Origin: Anthoceros angustus | Lineage: Eukaryota > Plantae > Anthocerotophyta | Direction of reading: 5' to 3' | DNA length: 64,000 nt | NCBI GenBank assembly: GCA_010909165.1 | Contig: VJWM01000116.1 | Location: forward strand, 434,001-498,000 | Shown here: positions 21,568 through 35,971 of the stretch, one piece after another | How positions within the stretch are numbered: position 1 is the stretch's first letter | Layout of the letters: every line of letters starts with the position of its first letter | Notes under the pieces: model-generated | Databases searched by the model: none | Told to the model about the DNA's origin: nothing | Seen by the model: the letters and a program-made list of their open reading frames with translations, nothing else | Program-made: the position numbers and the translations under genes

Positions 21568-24500
21568 CTGCAGGGCCAGGGAATCGGAGGCGTCCCGGAT
21601 CCGGAGTTGATGATCTACACGCGTACGGCAACTCACAGTGCAAGGAAGGAAGGGAGCAATCCAAACGTACGCATCCGAACAGGCCAAGCACGAAGTGAAG
21701 AGGATTCGGAGAAGCAGGCAATGCAGTATCCAACTCGTCCGCAGAGTCTGCACCGCCACGCTGCTTGGATATCTTCACAACTGAGGAACCATGCTCATAG
21801 CTGCCATTTTCGTCACAGTCCCGCGACTCCAGGATGTGGCCCTACGATGTCTTCGGGCTCAAGGGCTGCAGAAGCCGAGGCGGAGACTTGCTTCAGGTTG
21901 GTGCTTCCAAGTTGAAAGCGCTTCCTTCCGCCAAATCTTAGTGAGCTAGGGAACTGTTGCCTCATCTGCGCGGATCCCAAGTCATCCCTGGATGTTCTGC
22001 GCGCTTTGAGAGGGTTTGTTGGAAGTGGCGCCGGCGCATGTCCCGGAGACGCGCATCGGCTTGTTTAGTAAATGCCTACGACGTTTTCGTCGTTCAGTTT
22101 AAGAAGACGAGGCCCGGCCCGGGCCCGCCGCATAATTTCTCGCGCTCATTTTCCGTTTTGTTGCAAACCATAAAAAGATGTCTCTTCTGGTAGCGTCGGA
22201 TGATTGGGCCACCCATCCCTCTCGGGCAAAAGGTTTTAGAAACCTGTCATCCTTACGTGGCTGGTTTGTCGGGCCGGATTCCTACGCGATTTACCACATA
22301 TATACAAATATTATGACATATATAATATAATACTAACTTCTTTTAAAAGTGTTTTTATATGGCACGGCATGGATGGCATGGCCTGGTTATGAACTCGCGT
22401 TTTTAAGCTCCTGCTGCGTCTGGCCATTTCTTTGACGAAGATGTGAAGAGAAGACCTTACACGAGGGAGGCTCGCGCACCCAGAGAGAAAGGCGGGCGAT
22501 TTCAAAGAGAGAACACACATTTGTCCGTGAAGAGAGCCGAAGGATGGTACCCTACCACAGCACTCATCCGCCGGCAGGGTTGTTAAGTGTGGAGGTCTTG
22601 TCCATGGCCAAATCATGCCCTGATGCCGCATCCCTAATGGCCAAGTCATAAGTCATGCCCCCGGTGGAGCATGCCTAAATGCTGAACCGGCTCATGCCTT
22701 CAGCCTTCCATAAAGGAAGCCTATGAAATCTATGCAGCATTAAAGGTTCCGGTGTAGGGTTTAGGCAGGGAGAGCATTAAACCCTAGCGGAACTTTAAAG
22801 AATCAAAGGGTTTGGAATCGTAGTGTGGAACTGTGATTGTGGTGGCCTTTGCGGTACTGTCCAAGGAGCTATGCAATTCTGGGTGGGATTCACATCTCCT
22901 TTTCATTTCCAATTTCCATTTCGGGCTTTTCTTTAATCCCAAAAGGCTTGATCCTTTTTCCAGCTATTTTAAGTGAATCAGGGTTTTTCTTGCATAACTA
23001 TTTCCACAGAAATATTTCCGCTTTGCTCTTGCATCCACAAATACCAGCTCACCCAGATATGCATTCCCATGTAGTTCAAAAAAATAGAAACCAAATTGGT
23101 GTGTCCCCACTAATTTCCAAACACCTTGGGCCACCTTTGCAATAGCGGAAGCGGGCATGAAAATTTCTCTTGTTTTTTTATCTTCTACTGCAGATTGTTG
23201 AGAAAATTGCTTGGAGCTAGATCAAATTACAACCCACAAACTGCCAAAAAAGTGTCTTGCTTGGATGCTCCCAGGCCAATCAAAACATTTTCCGAAGAGA
23301 AAAAGCATGGGGAGGCGAGATGCTCACTTTTTACCATCGTGTGTGCAGGAACAAGGCCGATCTGGAAGACAAATACCTTCATCTTTACTAGTTGGAGATA
23401 TTTGTCTTCTAACTCTTTATATATAAGGTCCTCAAGAATTCCAAAAGCATATATAAAGGATCTACATTCCTACGGATTTTGAGAGCAATTTAATTTAATT
23501 TAATTTAATAATTGAAATTATTTTATTAAAATATCATTCTCTGATCTTTACATTGATGTTTTAATTGTCACACATGGTCTTTCCCTGCAAGTAGGTCTCT
23601 TCGTAGCTCCTAGCTCCTTGATATCGTGACATCCACAAGTGCGTGAAAGGCCATTGTGGGATTTATTCATGGAATATATTTGAAGGCAAGCCAAGCATTG
23701 GAGGGATAGGTATCGCATCACGTATAGAACTCATGATTAGTAGGATACTTTACAGTCCTCCTCGTTGAGCTCCTATGAACTATTGGTTGTATATTTTCCT
23801 TGGAAGGAGCACATAATGCTTATGGACCACTCTTTAGTTTCTTAATGGACCACTATAATGGCTAAAGCAACTCTACATTCACGTTTTTCAATTCACACAT
23901 ACCTTTTTTACTTGATATATTGGGAAGTACCACTTTTAGCTAAGACTACAAAAGCAACTTATGTATACATATCCTTGACCAAGAAAATTGTGAGCCTTGG
24001 CATGTGGATTATCAAGGCCCAATCACAAAGACATTTGTTAACATGTTTTATTGAAACATTATTTTTTCTAAGCGACATTCCTAAAACATTATTATTACCT
24101 GATCTTTTATACCTATGGTGATTAAACTAAAATATAATTCCTGTACAAAAACATATCCAACTTTAAATGTCTTTCCGATGGAGAACACACCAAACATAAG
24201 TAGCTAGATAAGAATCCCCAAGTTAAGCACCTTAGGGGAAAATTCATGTTGAATGCACTAATGTCATATAGTTAGTTATAAGATTTCGAAATGGAATTAA
24301 AAATGGAAATAAGAATCCTAGTACTTGCTCCGCTTCCTTATCATATAAGAAAGCCTGAAATCCATCACTATCCTATTATGAGGCAGGCCGTTTCCTCCGT
24401 AATATCAATTCATATTATTGCATTCAAGACTACTTTCAATATTTAGTGACCAAACTTTTTGTGTTAGCAAGATCACCGCCCATTGTCAATGTTACCAGAG

Positions 24501-25925
24501 GAATCACTGCAATTGTTAAAAATCAGTATTTTTGCGCTAGTATTGATAGTATGTTATTTAATATATATATTTAATATTTATCTTATATAATTAAAAATAA
24601 TGTACTTTTTTAAAATTTAATATATAATAATTAATGAATAACATGTAGAATTTTGAATAAGTATCCTCAATCTTCGTATCTCAAAGAAGTGAACACACTC
24701 CCATCCTATTGTTTCTAATGTAATAGGATATTTTTAGAGTCCCATTATATATAGCTATCTCTACCTCCATACATATACATAAAGGAAGATTAGCTACTTC
24801 TCTCCTGTTTTGCAGCATTCTCTCTATTGTGGGTATTCATTGCCCTTCATAAGGCACTTGCAAAGGCTCTGTTACGGACAACAACGATTATTGGAGAGGC
24901 ATCCTCGACTAATTCCTCCTCGAGGAATTAAGTAATATAGAGGCCATTCAATCTCCCTAGTTAATTATGATATTATAGACAATATAAGTAACTTTAAATA
25001 TTAAGCTTAGTTACTCCTCTTTAGTGGGACCTTTGGCTCTCCTTTTCATGATCTTTAACAGATGGCTTCACCTATCCTTCTTTCCTTCTTTCCTTCATAT
25101 ATACTATTTGTGGAGGGTTAGCTTGGTGTAAGGAGGAAGGTTAGATTGGGTTATCTGTAGGCGAGGGTAAAACTGAGCATCTACATAGAAGGAGAAGGCA
25201 ATGGGCTTTTGGACGGGGTAGTCAGACTCACTCAGCTCGCCATGGCTCGTTGCCACCTTTTCCAACCTTGACCCAGCCCAGCTCAGCCCAGCACAGAGTG
25301 CGCAGCTCCCTGCATTCCACCGCCCCTTCTCCTGCTCCAATTCTAGCTCACGGCATGGCACTGGCACTGGTAGGTTTCCCGCACCCCGATGCGTCTCCTG
25401 CCGCAGTCACAACATGCCGCATTCCAGCGCGGCTATGGCATCCGCTCCTGCTCATGACCTACTGAGCTGGAGAAGCAAGCAAGCATTGCCGAGCGGGAAG
25501 GGGTTTGAGTGCAATCGCGATCCGGTTCGGGACGAATGTCGGATGGTCTTCCGCGGGTAGCCCGTACTGCCCAGTCCCAGCTGCAGTTGAACCGCACGGG
25601 ATGCGCCGCATCACCCACACTTGAGCCAGTGAAGCGGGCGAGCTGTCTGTGTGTGTAGGTTATTTGTGCTACTTGTAGGCAAATTTCATCTGTTGCCGAT
25701 CCGTCCCAGGTGGAAGGCGTGGGCGGAGGATGCCATTGTGGGTTTGGAGTGTGGAGGATGTGGATGTAACGCGAGGGGACAGTAATTGGGTGACGGATCA
25801 GTAGATGAGTGCAGGCGAGATGGGATGAAGCGGGTGTGGTAGAGGGACCCGGTGCGGTCGATCGAGAATTCGTCGATACATAAGGGGCAGTTGCATTCTT
25901 TCTGGTGGAGCTGCGGGAGGGCAAG

Positions 25926-28900
25926 ATGAAGCTCCCGGCGTGTTCCGTTTGTCAGATGACGTTCAATGAGGATGATAGGGTGCCCATGATGCTGCAGTGC
26001 GGGCACAGCTTCTGCAAGGAGTGCCTGGCGCATATGTTTTCTGTGAGTACAGATCACACCTTGTTGTGCCCCAGGTGCCGGCAGCCGTCGAAGGTGGGGA
26101 ACAGCGTGGAGGCGTTGCGGAAGAACTTTGGGATGCTGTCGCTTATTCGGAGAGCGTCGGCGGATGGGCCTGCGGACGACGACTCGGATGAGGACGACGA
26201 GCTGCTGGACTGTACTTCTAATCCTTACTCGGACCGGTCGCATGGGAACACCCCGCAGGCCAGCCCGGGCTGGCCTCCCGCGTGCGGGGGGATTATCTTG
26301 GATCTGTCATCCCATTCTCTGCGCCTTGTACGTCTCATTGGGGCTGGCCCTCAGTCGGGCCAGGATGTCTGGGCCGGGCTTATTTGTGGACCGGGTGGCT
26401 GTAGGCACAAGGTGGCTGTGAAAAGGCTGGATATTCCGGATGGAATGAGTTTCGACTGGATCCAGGCCAGGGTTGACCACCTTCGACGATCTGCCATGTG
26501 GTGTCAGAACGTCTGCACGGTGTATGGTGTGTGTGAGAAAGATGACAAGCTCTGCATCGTGATGGACAAGTATTTTGGTTCAGTGCAGAGTGTGATGTCG
26601 CAGAATGAAGGCCGGCTCACGCTGGAGCAGATTCTTAGGTACTGTTCACCTGCCGTGAATCTGGTTTCTTAGTAGATGCTGGACACGCAAGTGCACCTGA
26701 AGTCTGACCTGCATGGACATGTTGCATTGTAGGCATCATGAAGCGTAGGATGACTCTTGGTAAAAGCGAGAAGAGTGTACGAGTTTGGATGTTGAGTTGC
26801 TGGTAGAGGTCATTGTGAGCTCCGTGAAGCTAGCTACAAGTTGTTGTCGGTGTTCCTTCCACTGTGACTGCATGATGGGGTGTTTTGTTCGCTGAAAGGC
26901 CAAGTTTGGGTGAGCTGGTTGACACAGCTCTATGGACGAGGAGACACTGTGCTGTTCACTGGACATGCACTGTCTTTGAGGCCTTTCATTTAGCAGACAA
27001 AACCAGTGAGTGATGTCTGCGGTCCCCTTCAGCACATGCAAGTACAGGCTCTATCTTGCGTGGTGGTATTCTTGCGTGCGGGAACCAAAATCTGATGTGA
27101 TGTACGATTGAGACTTCATGAAAATTTGGTTGACCAGCACGTGCTCTGGGTATATTTTGAAGGACTGTATTTTGTTGTTTTGATCCAAATCTGATTGCAG
27201 CGTTCCGAGCCAGGCTTGAGGCATGTCTCAAGCTCTAATTCATGTGCAGATATGGAGCGGACATTTCTCGAGGAGTGGCCGAACTGCACGCTGCAGGGGT
27301 TGTCTGCATGAATTTGAAACCTTCAAATTTCTTGCTTGATGCAAAAGGTCGAGCAGTTGTGTCAGACTTTGGCCTTTTGGAGATACTCAAGAAACCTCAG
27401 TGCAAAAAATCTCGATCCGGTAGTGAGGATGGCACAGCTCAGATGCACTCTTGCATTGATTGTACTTTGCTAAATCCCAACTACATGGCGCCTGAAGCCT
27501 GGGAGCCTCTTCGGAAGTCATCGTTAAATCTTTTTTGGGAGGATCCTGTTGGGATTTCTGTGGAATCGGATGCATGGAGTTTCGGGTGTACTCTGGTGGA
27601 GATGTGCACTGGTGCAATTCCGTAAGTGCACGCAACCCAATTATTCAGGATTCTAGGTGTGCTGCTCACCATAGAATTACTGGGGGTGTTATTCTCACTT
27701 CATGGATTCCATGTGCCACAGATGGGCTGGCTCAGCCATGGAAGAAATATATCGAGCTGTCGTGAAAGCTCGTAGACAGCCACCACAGTATGTTGGGGTT
27801 GTTGGAGGAGGGATACCGAGAGAACTTTGGAAGATGATTGGCGAGTGTCTGCAGTTCAAGCCATCAAGAAGACCATCATTTCATGCAATGCTGGCCATCT
27901 TCTTGAGGCATCTCAGGGAGATGCCTTTCAGTCCCCCTCCAAGTCCAGACAAGTGAGTCCCAATCTCTTTTCAGCACACAGGTCTTGAGGTTTACCCTAA
28001 GTACTCTACCAGCAGTATCTTGGTGACCGATGGGCCTTGTTTTTTTGACTAACTTGTGTTCACTCATTACTGCAAGGTATTGGGATGTGAACAGCGATCC
28101 CTCAAAGGATTCAGATGTAACCAGTACAGAGCCGTCACCATCATCAACCCTTGAGTTTGGGCAGATTACACAAAGCACACTCCATCGCCTTGTTGCTGAA
28201 GGTGACATAGAGGGTGTTAGGTGAGCCAGTCCCTGTTTGCTGATCAATGTTAGGACCACCTGCAGACAATTCAGGAGAGTGTCCATGATTTTTGATCAAT
28301 TCTTCAACTTGATTTGCTGTAGAGAGCTTTTCACCAGAGCTGCAGCTGGGAAGGCTGGAGTATCTGTGGGTACCCTTTTGGAGAGCAGGAATACCGAGGG
28401 TCAAACAGCCTTACATATTGCTGCCATGAGAGGTTATTCAGACATGGTTGAGCTCATGCTCGAATATCCAGAGGCTGATGTTGAGGTTCTGGACAAAGAT
28501 GGGGACACCCCGATTGTCTTTGCTGTGGCGTCTGGAACCCCTGAGTGCCTGAAGGCTTTGATTAAGAAAGGTGCAAATGTGAACGCTAGGCTGAAAGAGG
28601 GGATGGGTCCAGCGGTAGCACATGTATGTGCTTTTCATGGACAACCAGATTGTATGAGGGTATGTGGACTCTGTCTTAAGCGATACTTTCTTGGGCCTGT
28701 ATCCTGTCATGCCTGAGCCCCGTCTCATATTTCATTTTTTGGGAAATCTCGCATTTCTCAGGAGCTGCTTATAGCTGGAGCTGATCCCAACACAGTTGAT
28801 GATGAGGGTGAGACTGTCCTTCACAGAGCCGTATCAAAACGGCATGTGGAGTGCGCCATGGTTATACTTGAAATTGGAGGCTGTAAATCTATGGGTGTCA

Positions 28901-31900
28901 TAAATGCCAAACAGCTCACGTATGTTTTTCGTTCACAAAGTGCTGTGGTCACTTGAAATAGGTTCTGTCCAGCTGCCCCTTTCTTTGTGAATATGCTTAT
29001 GTATGTTCCTTCGCAGACCACTCCATTTATGCATAGCAACAGCAACCGTAGCGGTAGTCAAGAAGTGGTTGGAGCTGGCATCTCCGGAGGAGATAGCTGC
29101 TGCTATTGATGTTCCAAGCTCTGTTGGAACTGCTCTATGTATGGCTGCAGCTCTGAAGAAGGCGCACGAGGAAGGTACAGATTTTGCACCTTGTGTAGTA
29201 AATCAACTGTGGACTGTGTCTCGAGATTCAGGATATGACTGAATGTTTGAGCGGGGTATGCAGAACTTGTGTGATCAATCTACCTTAAATTAGCCACGGC
29301 ACAGATGAGCTGACCCCTTCCTACAAGACTTATGTCTCGGACCTTCGCTAGGCAGACTGGACATCCTAAATATATGGATGCTGCTGCAGAAGCCAGAACC
29401 TTGGTGAAGTTGTTGCTGGAAGCAGGAGCAACTCCAACCGCGACGGACACTCAGCGGGGACAAACTGCTCTACACGCTGCTGCAATTGCAAATGACCTTC
29501 AGATGGTGAAGGTGAGGGCATGCAAGCATATTCTGCATGTCTCATATGCTTTGAAAGGGTTTTGGTGGCGATATGTCAATGGACCTTAGTATCAACAGCA
29601 TGGACTGCTTTCTTCTAAGTGAGATTCGCATTGGCTCATGTGTTTCAGATAATCCTGGATGCGGGTGTTGATGTCGATGTTCGTGACTTACACACCACTA
29701 CTCCACTTCATGTAGCATTGGCGAGAGGTTCAAGGGCGTGTGTTGGCCTTCTGTTGGAAAGGGGTGCCAACTGCAACCTGCAGGTATTTGCCTTGGGGAA
29801 TTCCTATCCTTGGACCTCTTGTGTAGGTTGGTACTGGTATCTATGGGCAATGTGTGGATGACTGTAGAGTATGCACCCATGTCGGAACCTGTTCATAGCC
29901 TGGTCTGCCAAGTATCTTGCATTGCAAGAGCCAGTCCAAGGTGGAGGTCTTTGTTTGTCAGTCTCCCTCTCTCTGTAGTGGGGGTTGCATGGAAGTGAGG
30001 GTGGTTGTTTGATCTCATAACTCACTAATTAGAGAGTACATCTGTTGACGATGCTCTGTATATTCAGAGCTACTGGACGGCAACAACGTTTTCATTATGG
30101 ATTTGATACCAATGTGAGTCTTACGTGATGTGGATGTTACGAGTAGGCGATGTTTGTGATTCGATGTTCTCGCTTGTATGTGTAGAGGTTCCCAGCTTCT
30201 GAGCTGCCTTGTTATGTTTCAGGATGACGAGGGTGACAATGCTTTCCATATCGCAGCAGATATGGCAAAAATGGTGAGGGAGAATTTGGACTGGATCGTT
30301 ACAATGTTAAAGCAACCAGATGCGGCAATTGATGTGAAAAATCACAGGTCTGTTGATGATTCTATGAAATATTTCCAGCATTGGGAATTTCTGTCAATGT
30401 ATGCAGAAATTAGTCGTAGCCCACGCTCTTTTACGTTTGCAGCGGTAGTTCAGGCTCTCGATTGTCTCATAGATAGTTGAGTAACTCTTGATTTCTTTGG
30501 AACAGTGGCAAAACACTAAGGGATCTTTTGGAATCCCTTCCACGGGAATGGATCTCAGAAGACCTACTCGATGCATTGATTGAAAAGGGCATTCAACTCT
30601 CACCTACAAAGTTTGTCACCTCTCCTGAATGTGTTCCGTTGCCAGCTGTTGAGTGACAGGGATTTCTCCTGTGTGCACAACGCTGACCCTGCAACGTCGC
30701 TGTTGTGCTTCTGCGTCCAGCACCTCAGAACTTTGTCTTGTCCATGCAGCTATGAACCAGGAGACTGGATTAAATTCAAGAGAACAGTAAAATCTCCAAA
30801 GTATGGATGGCAGGGAGCAAAGCCAAAAAGTGTGGGATTCGTGCACAGTATTGTGGACAAAAGCAACTTATTGATATCCTTTTGTTCAGGAGAGGCTCGT
30901 GTTGCAGCCGATGAAATTGTGAAGGTTGTTCCACTCGACAGAGGCCAGCATGTCAGGTTGAAAGCAGATGTGAAGGAACCAAAGTAAGTGAGGTGTGATG
31001 ATACATGAATGCTGCCAGCCTTGTTGCTATGGAAGTCAAAGAGCTTGCAAACACCACACACTTCGTGAATTAATGGGCCCATTGCAGGTATGGCTGGCGT
31101 GGACAGTCACGCGATAGTGTTGGAACAGTATTGTGTATTGATGATGATGGCATATTGAGGGTTGGATTTCCTGGAGCGTCGAGGGGTTGGAAGGCAGATC
31201 CTGCCGAAATGGAGCGCGTAGAGGAGTTCAAGGTTGGAGACTGGGTGCGCATCCGACCCTCTTTGACAACAGCAAAGCACGGCTTGGGGCCGGTGACTCC
31301 TGGTAGTATTGGAGTTGTATACAGCATCAGACCTGACAATAGTTTGCTGCTTGACTTGAGCTATTTGCATGGCCCATGGCATTGTGAGCCTGAGGAGGTT
31401 GAACATGTGGAGCCCTTCAAAGTAAGCTACCTCTGATGTTTGAAGATGTTCATTTTAGTTCCAGTCAGTACTCATCTGACATAGTTCTTTGCATAGAATC
31501 CTACCATTATGCCAGAGCCGAAGTGGGTCCTGTATTATAAGTTCTATTCCGTTCTAACTCCTTTTGCCTTTCATGCAGGTTGGAGATCGGGTTTGTGTAC
31601 GAAGATCTGTAGCTGAACCACGATATGCCTGGGGTGGTGAAACACATCACAGCGTTGGCAAGATAAGTGAGGTGAGCAGTGATGGATTGCTCATGATTGA
31701 CATTACAGGTCGACCGATTCTTTGGCAGGCGGATCCTGCTGACATGGAAAAGGTTGAAGACTTCAAGGTATAAGTCTTCCTACGCATCCTTCCCATCTGC
31801 AGAGTGTTGTGTTCTTCTCTGGCAGTTTGCGTGGCTTCCCTTTTGAAGGTAGATTGTATCTATGCAGGTAGGTGATTGGGTACGAGTGAAGGCCTCAGTT

Positions 31901-33525
31901 TCATCACCGAAGTACGGATGGGAAGATGTGACAAGGAGCAGCACTGGTGTTGTTCATTTCTTGGACGAAGATGGGGACATTGGGGTGGGTTTTTGCTTCC
32001 GGGGCAAGCCTTTTTCTTGCTCTATTACGGATGTGGAGATGGTTAGCCCTTTTGAAGTGGGACAGGAAATTCACATTGCACCCTCTGTGTCGGAGCCAAG
32101 ACTGGGATGGTCTTCAGAAACATCAGCCACCACAGGGAAGATTGCTAGGATTGACATGGATGGTACACTGAACGTAAGTCTTCCCTTTTGCTCATCGTAG
32201 TACAGGTGTTTTGTTGCTCTTCATGAAGTAGCGGTTACGAGGTAGATGCTTCAAACAGCATATGTCCTGGACTGTTGCAGGTCAGAGTTACTGGAAGGAG
32301 TACGATGTGGAGAGTAGCTCCTGGAGATGCTGAACGGCTTTCAGGCTTTGAAGTTGGAGACTGGGTCCGTCTAAAAGTTCCACTTGTTATCAGACCAAGT
32401 TATGATTGGCATGGGTCTGGGAAAGACAGCGTAGCTGTTGTGCACAGCATATCAGATGCAGGTTATCTTGAGCTGGCAGGTTGCTTCAGAACTGGGCGCT
32501 GGCTGACACACTACTCCGAGGTTGAGAAGGCCCCTGCATTGAAGGTTGCGCAACATGTTTGCATCCGTCCAGCAGGTGCAGAACCAAGATGGGGCTGGAG
32601 AGGTGCTTCTATCAACTCAAAAGGTGTAGTCGTGGGTGTCCATGCTGACGGAGAGGTACGGGTGGCATTTCCAGGCCTTGCAGCTCCGTGGAAAGCAGAC
32701 CCTGCAGATCTACAAAGAGAGGAGATGTTTGATGTTGGTGACTGGGTTAAAGTGAAGGAACCGGTGGGTGAACCTAGAAATGGGTGGACCGGTGCTAGGC
32801 CAGGGAGCGTTGGAGTAGTACAGGGTATCGCGTATGAAAGTGAGGGTGGACTTGAGGGAACAGCCATAATCGTGGGGTTTTGTGGAGAACTAGATAGATG
32901 GCTTGCTCTGCCCTCTGAGTTGGAAAGGATAGAGCGTATCCGCGTTGGGCAGCAGGTGCGAGTCAGGGAATCAGTAAAGCAGCCAAGATTTGGCTGGTCA
33001 GGCCATAGCCATGCAAGCCTTGGCACTGTTGCTTCTGTGGATGCAGATGGCAGGCTGAGAATACATTCGTCCGTCGGATCTCAAAAAACCTGGATGCTAG
33101 ACCCAGCTGAAGTCGAGGTAGTCGAGGAGCAACCCATCTGCATCGGGGACTGGGTGAAGGTGCGCTCCTCGGTACCTACTCCTGCTCATCAATGGGGTGA
33201 AGTGACACATAAGAGCATTGGAGTGGTGCACCGAATTGATGACGACGGTGATCTGTGGGTTGCCTTCTGCTTCCTGGAGAGGCTCTGGGTTTGTAAACCG
33301 GCAGAGATGGAGCGCTTGGATGCATTTCACATCGGCGATCCAGTACGGGTGAAACGCTCGGTTGTTACTCCTCGATGGGGTTGGGGAATCGAGACCTATG
33401 CGAGCCGAGGGCTGGTGTCAGGGGTGGACGCCGATGGCAAGTTGCGCATTAAATTTGCCCGGCGTGAAGGTAGGCTGTGGATAGGAGATCCTGCAGATGT
33501 AGAATTAGACACAGACACATTGTAG
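25926..33525 (+). CDS. KEG: E3 ubiquitin-protein ligase KEEP ON GOING (RING, kinase, ankyrin repeats, HERC2-like repeats)
   Basis: MKLPACSVC..VPMMLQCGHSFCKECL..CPRCR RING; kinase AMWCQNVC..MDKY..NLKPSNFLLD; ankyrin exons; repeated VGDWVRVK..P.YGW units. About 16 exons traced with GT-AG joins and no lesion seen. Confidence 0.98.
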
Positions 33526-33811
33526 TATCTTACAACTCTGCGAAGCAATACACTCCGTGCGTTCGCATTTAATCAGCGCTGAAAAGTATCACCTCAACCG
33601 GACGCACAGAACTATACCACCTCATCCTGAGGCACTGAAAAGTATCATCTCACCCCAACCGAAGCCAACGGGTGTCACGGCAAATGTACCAATACAACGA
33701 AGTAGGTCTTCATGGCCGCTGAAAAAAGATGTAAATAATCGCCTGAGGACCTACGTGTGTCAAGAATCAAATGGAACAACTGATTGGAATGGTTTTAGAT
33801 CATGATCTGTG

Positions 33812-34652
33812 TTAACCACAGAAACCACCCGAGCATGAACCACCCCCGCAGGATGGAGGAGGCGGATCTGCAAAACACCGGCACGCACCGAATCAAATCG
33901 AGGCAAAACTGGAAAGAGGAACCACGTGAACACCACCTACTTTCCTAAACCTCACAATTATCCAGCCCTCGGACGTTGTTCAATCCTCCCCGAGGAGCAG
34001 AGTTTCCAGGTGCAGGCCAGCCGCTTCCGCTGCCACCACCCCCGGGTCCCCACCCACCAGGCCTACCGCCCCCACCGGGTCCTGACTGTCTAGTCGGCCT
34101 GGACCTCCCGTAGGCCTCAGAAGCCTCCAACTGTGCACAACGTAGCAATTAGCATCAGCCAGGACACATGACAACACTGATTTCGAGTACAGAACAACAC
34201 CGGGGAGGTTGCTCACCGAGAACATGGTGGTGAAAAACGTTCCGATGTAGTTGAGGATGGCCCAAAATACATCCGAGACAGTGCTCACCCTCCAGAGTGG
34301 TTTGCTTTTTTTCACCTCTCCTACATCACGTATCAGCGTCAGGCATAGACAAGGCAAAATCGGGACCACGGCATCCTAAACCCTACAACTTGTCATCAGA
34401 CCCCCAAACTGTAGTGCGCAAACCCCCAGAGTCCACAACAATCCAGAGGGCACACTAGCGGCATGTAGATGACCGATATCTGATTTCATAATCTGCGGTT
34501 GCTTCCATAAGACAGACAATAGCCAAAAGAATCCAACAGCTTGGGCCTGCAGGACCTTCAGCATCCGTCTTTGCAAGCTAGGTCAGACATACCACAATCC
34601 ACCCAGGAAAATGTGTTGGGACACCAATGTTACCTCCTGATATGTATGCCAT
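33812..34652 (-). CDS. SELK: Selenoprotein K/G-like glycine-rich protein, Cys homologue (117 aa)
   Basis: Exons 34652-34634, 34320-34217, 34130-33956 and 33867-33812 give MAYISGGEVKKSKPLWRVSTVSDVFWAILNYIGTFFTTMFSLEASEAY..Gly-rich..RGGLNNVRGLDNYPPPPSCGGGSCSGGFCG*. This matches the plant SelK-like (At4g08230-type) layout. Confidence 0.88.
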
Positions 34653-35971
34653 CTCCCACAGCTGCAAGTTGCGACAACAATCAAACCACACGACACACAC
34701 CCGAGTCTTGTTCTGATGCACCTTCGCAGATTTGTAGACGAAGTGAAGTCGGGAAAACAAGGGGCAGCCTTGAACGAAAGAGTTTCTACACGTCGAGCAT
34801 TTCTTAAATAGTAACTCCGGATATATATTATGTACACGTGATTTTGTAGCCTTAGTGGCCCTAGATCTACAATTCGTTTCTTCCTTTGAGCTCCAAAGAG
34901 AGCGCTATGGGTAGGAAGCACCGCCGGCAGGCGGAGTTCCAGGAAGAGGAAGAGGAAGTGGCTGGTGTGGATGAGCAAGCCGTAGCTTTGTTTCCTGTCG
35001 GAATTGCAAATGGACAGGAAGTTGAGGCGGAGACTTCTGACGCTGTTGAGAAGCCGGTGGGACTACAGATTTACTGTAATCTCTCTCTGAGAGATGAGAA
35101 AGCTAGGGAGGAGGCCTCGGTTGCGTTGGTGAAGGCGCTGACATTGACGCAGCAGGGATGGGAGGGAAGTAGGAAGGGGGGGGCGGGGAGGGGGGGAGAG
35201 GGCTAGAAAGCAGCGCAAGAGGAGGTGTTGGGAGCTTCCTCTGATGAAGTGCTGCGGCCGGGGTGTGCTCCGAATGTGTGCTATGCATTGCGTCCGCTTG
35301 TGCGGGGTCTGTCGTCGTCCAGGGAGACCGTTCGACAGGGATTTGCTTCTGCCCTTGCGGCGGTGCTTGATACCCTGACGTGTGTGGACGGGGAAGCTGT
35401 CCTGAAGGTGGTGAAAAAGGATTTGGAGGTCGCCTCCTCCATGAAAGGCCAGGAAGCAAGAGATGTACTGTTAGGGCGCCTGTTTGCGTACGGTGCATTG
35501 ATGCGAGGTTTCAGAGAGAAACTCATGTCGGTAGAGCTGGCCGAGGAGATTACGCAGCTGCTTTTGTCTCTAGCTGCCCGGAAAACCTTTTTGCGGGAGC
35601 CCTCCGTTTCTCTGGTGTTAGAGTTTGCAGAACCCCTGCCTGCACAGGTTTTGAGGGAGGGCGTTTTTTCTGCTCCTTTTTTCAAGAATGGATCCAGGCG
35701 ACACTGGATGGACCTAGCCCTGATGCGTTGCTAATGGCTTTGAGATTGTTCCCGAAACTACCTGCTGCAACAAGGGAGAGCTGTGCGTTGGTTTCGGGTT
35801 CTGACGATTTTGAAGCAAGTGATCAGTCCGGCGCATCTGTCAGCTCTGGTTCTGATTTTAAATGAGACAACCTGCCTTCCGAGGGTGTACTCGTTGTGGC
35901 CAGTTTTCCTCGAGCTGCTGCTGGGTTCCAGGAAGGAAACGGAAAAAGGAGGCAACATCAAATGTTGGACA

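Noticed and set aside
22650-25000. Possible genes in the AT-rich interval upstream of KEG
   Set aside because: All frames examined are interrupted and no motif was recognised; left unannotated.
33560-33830. Sec codon or SECIS in the SelK-like gene
   Set aside because: No in-frame TGA; the ORF ends TGT GGT TAA.
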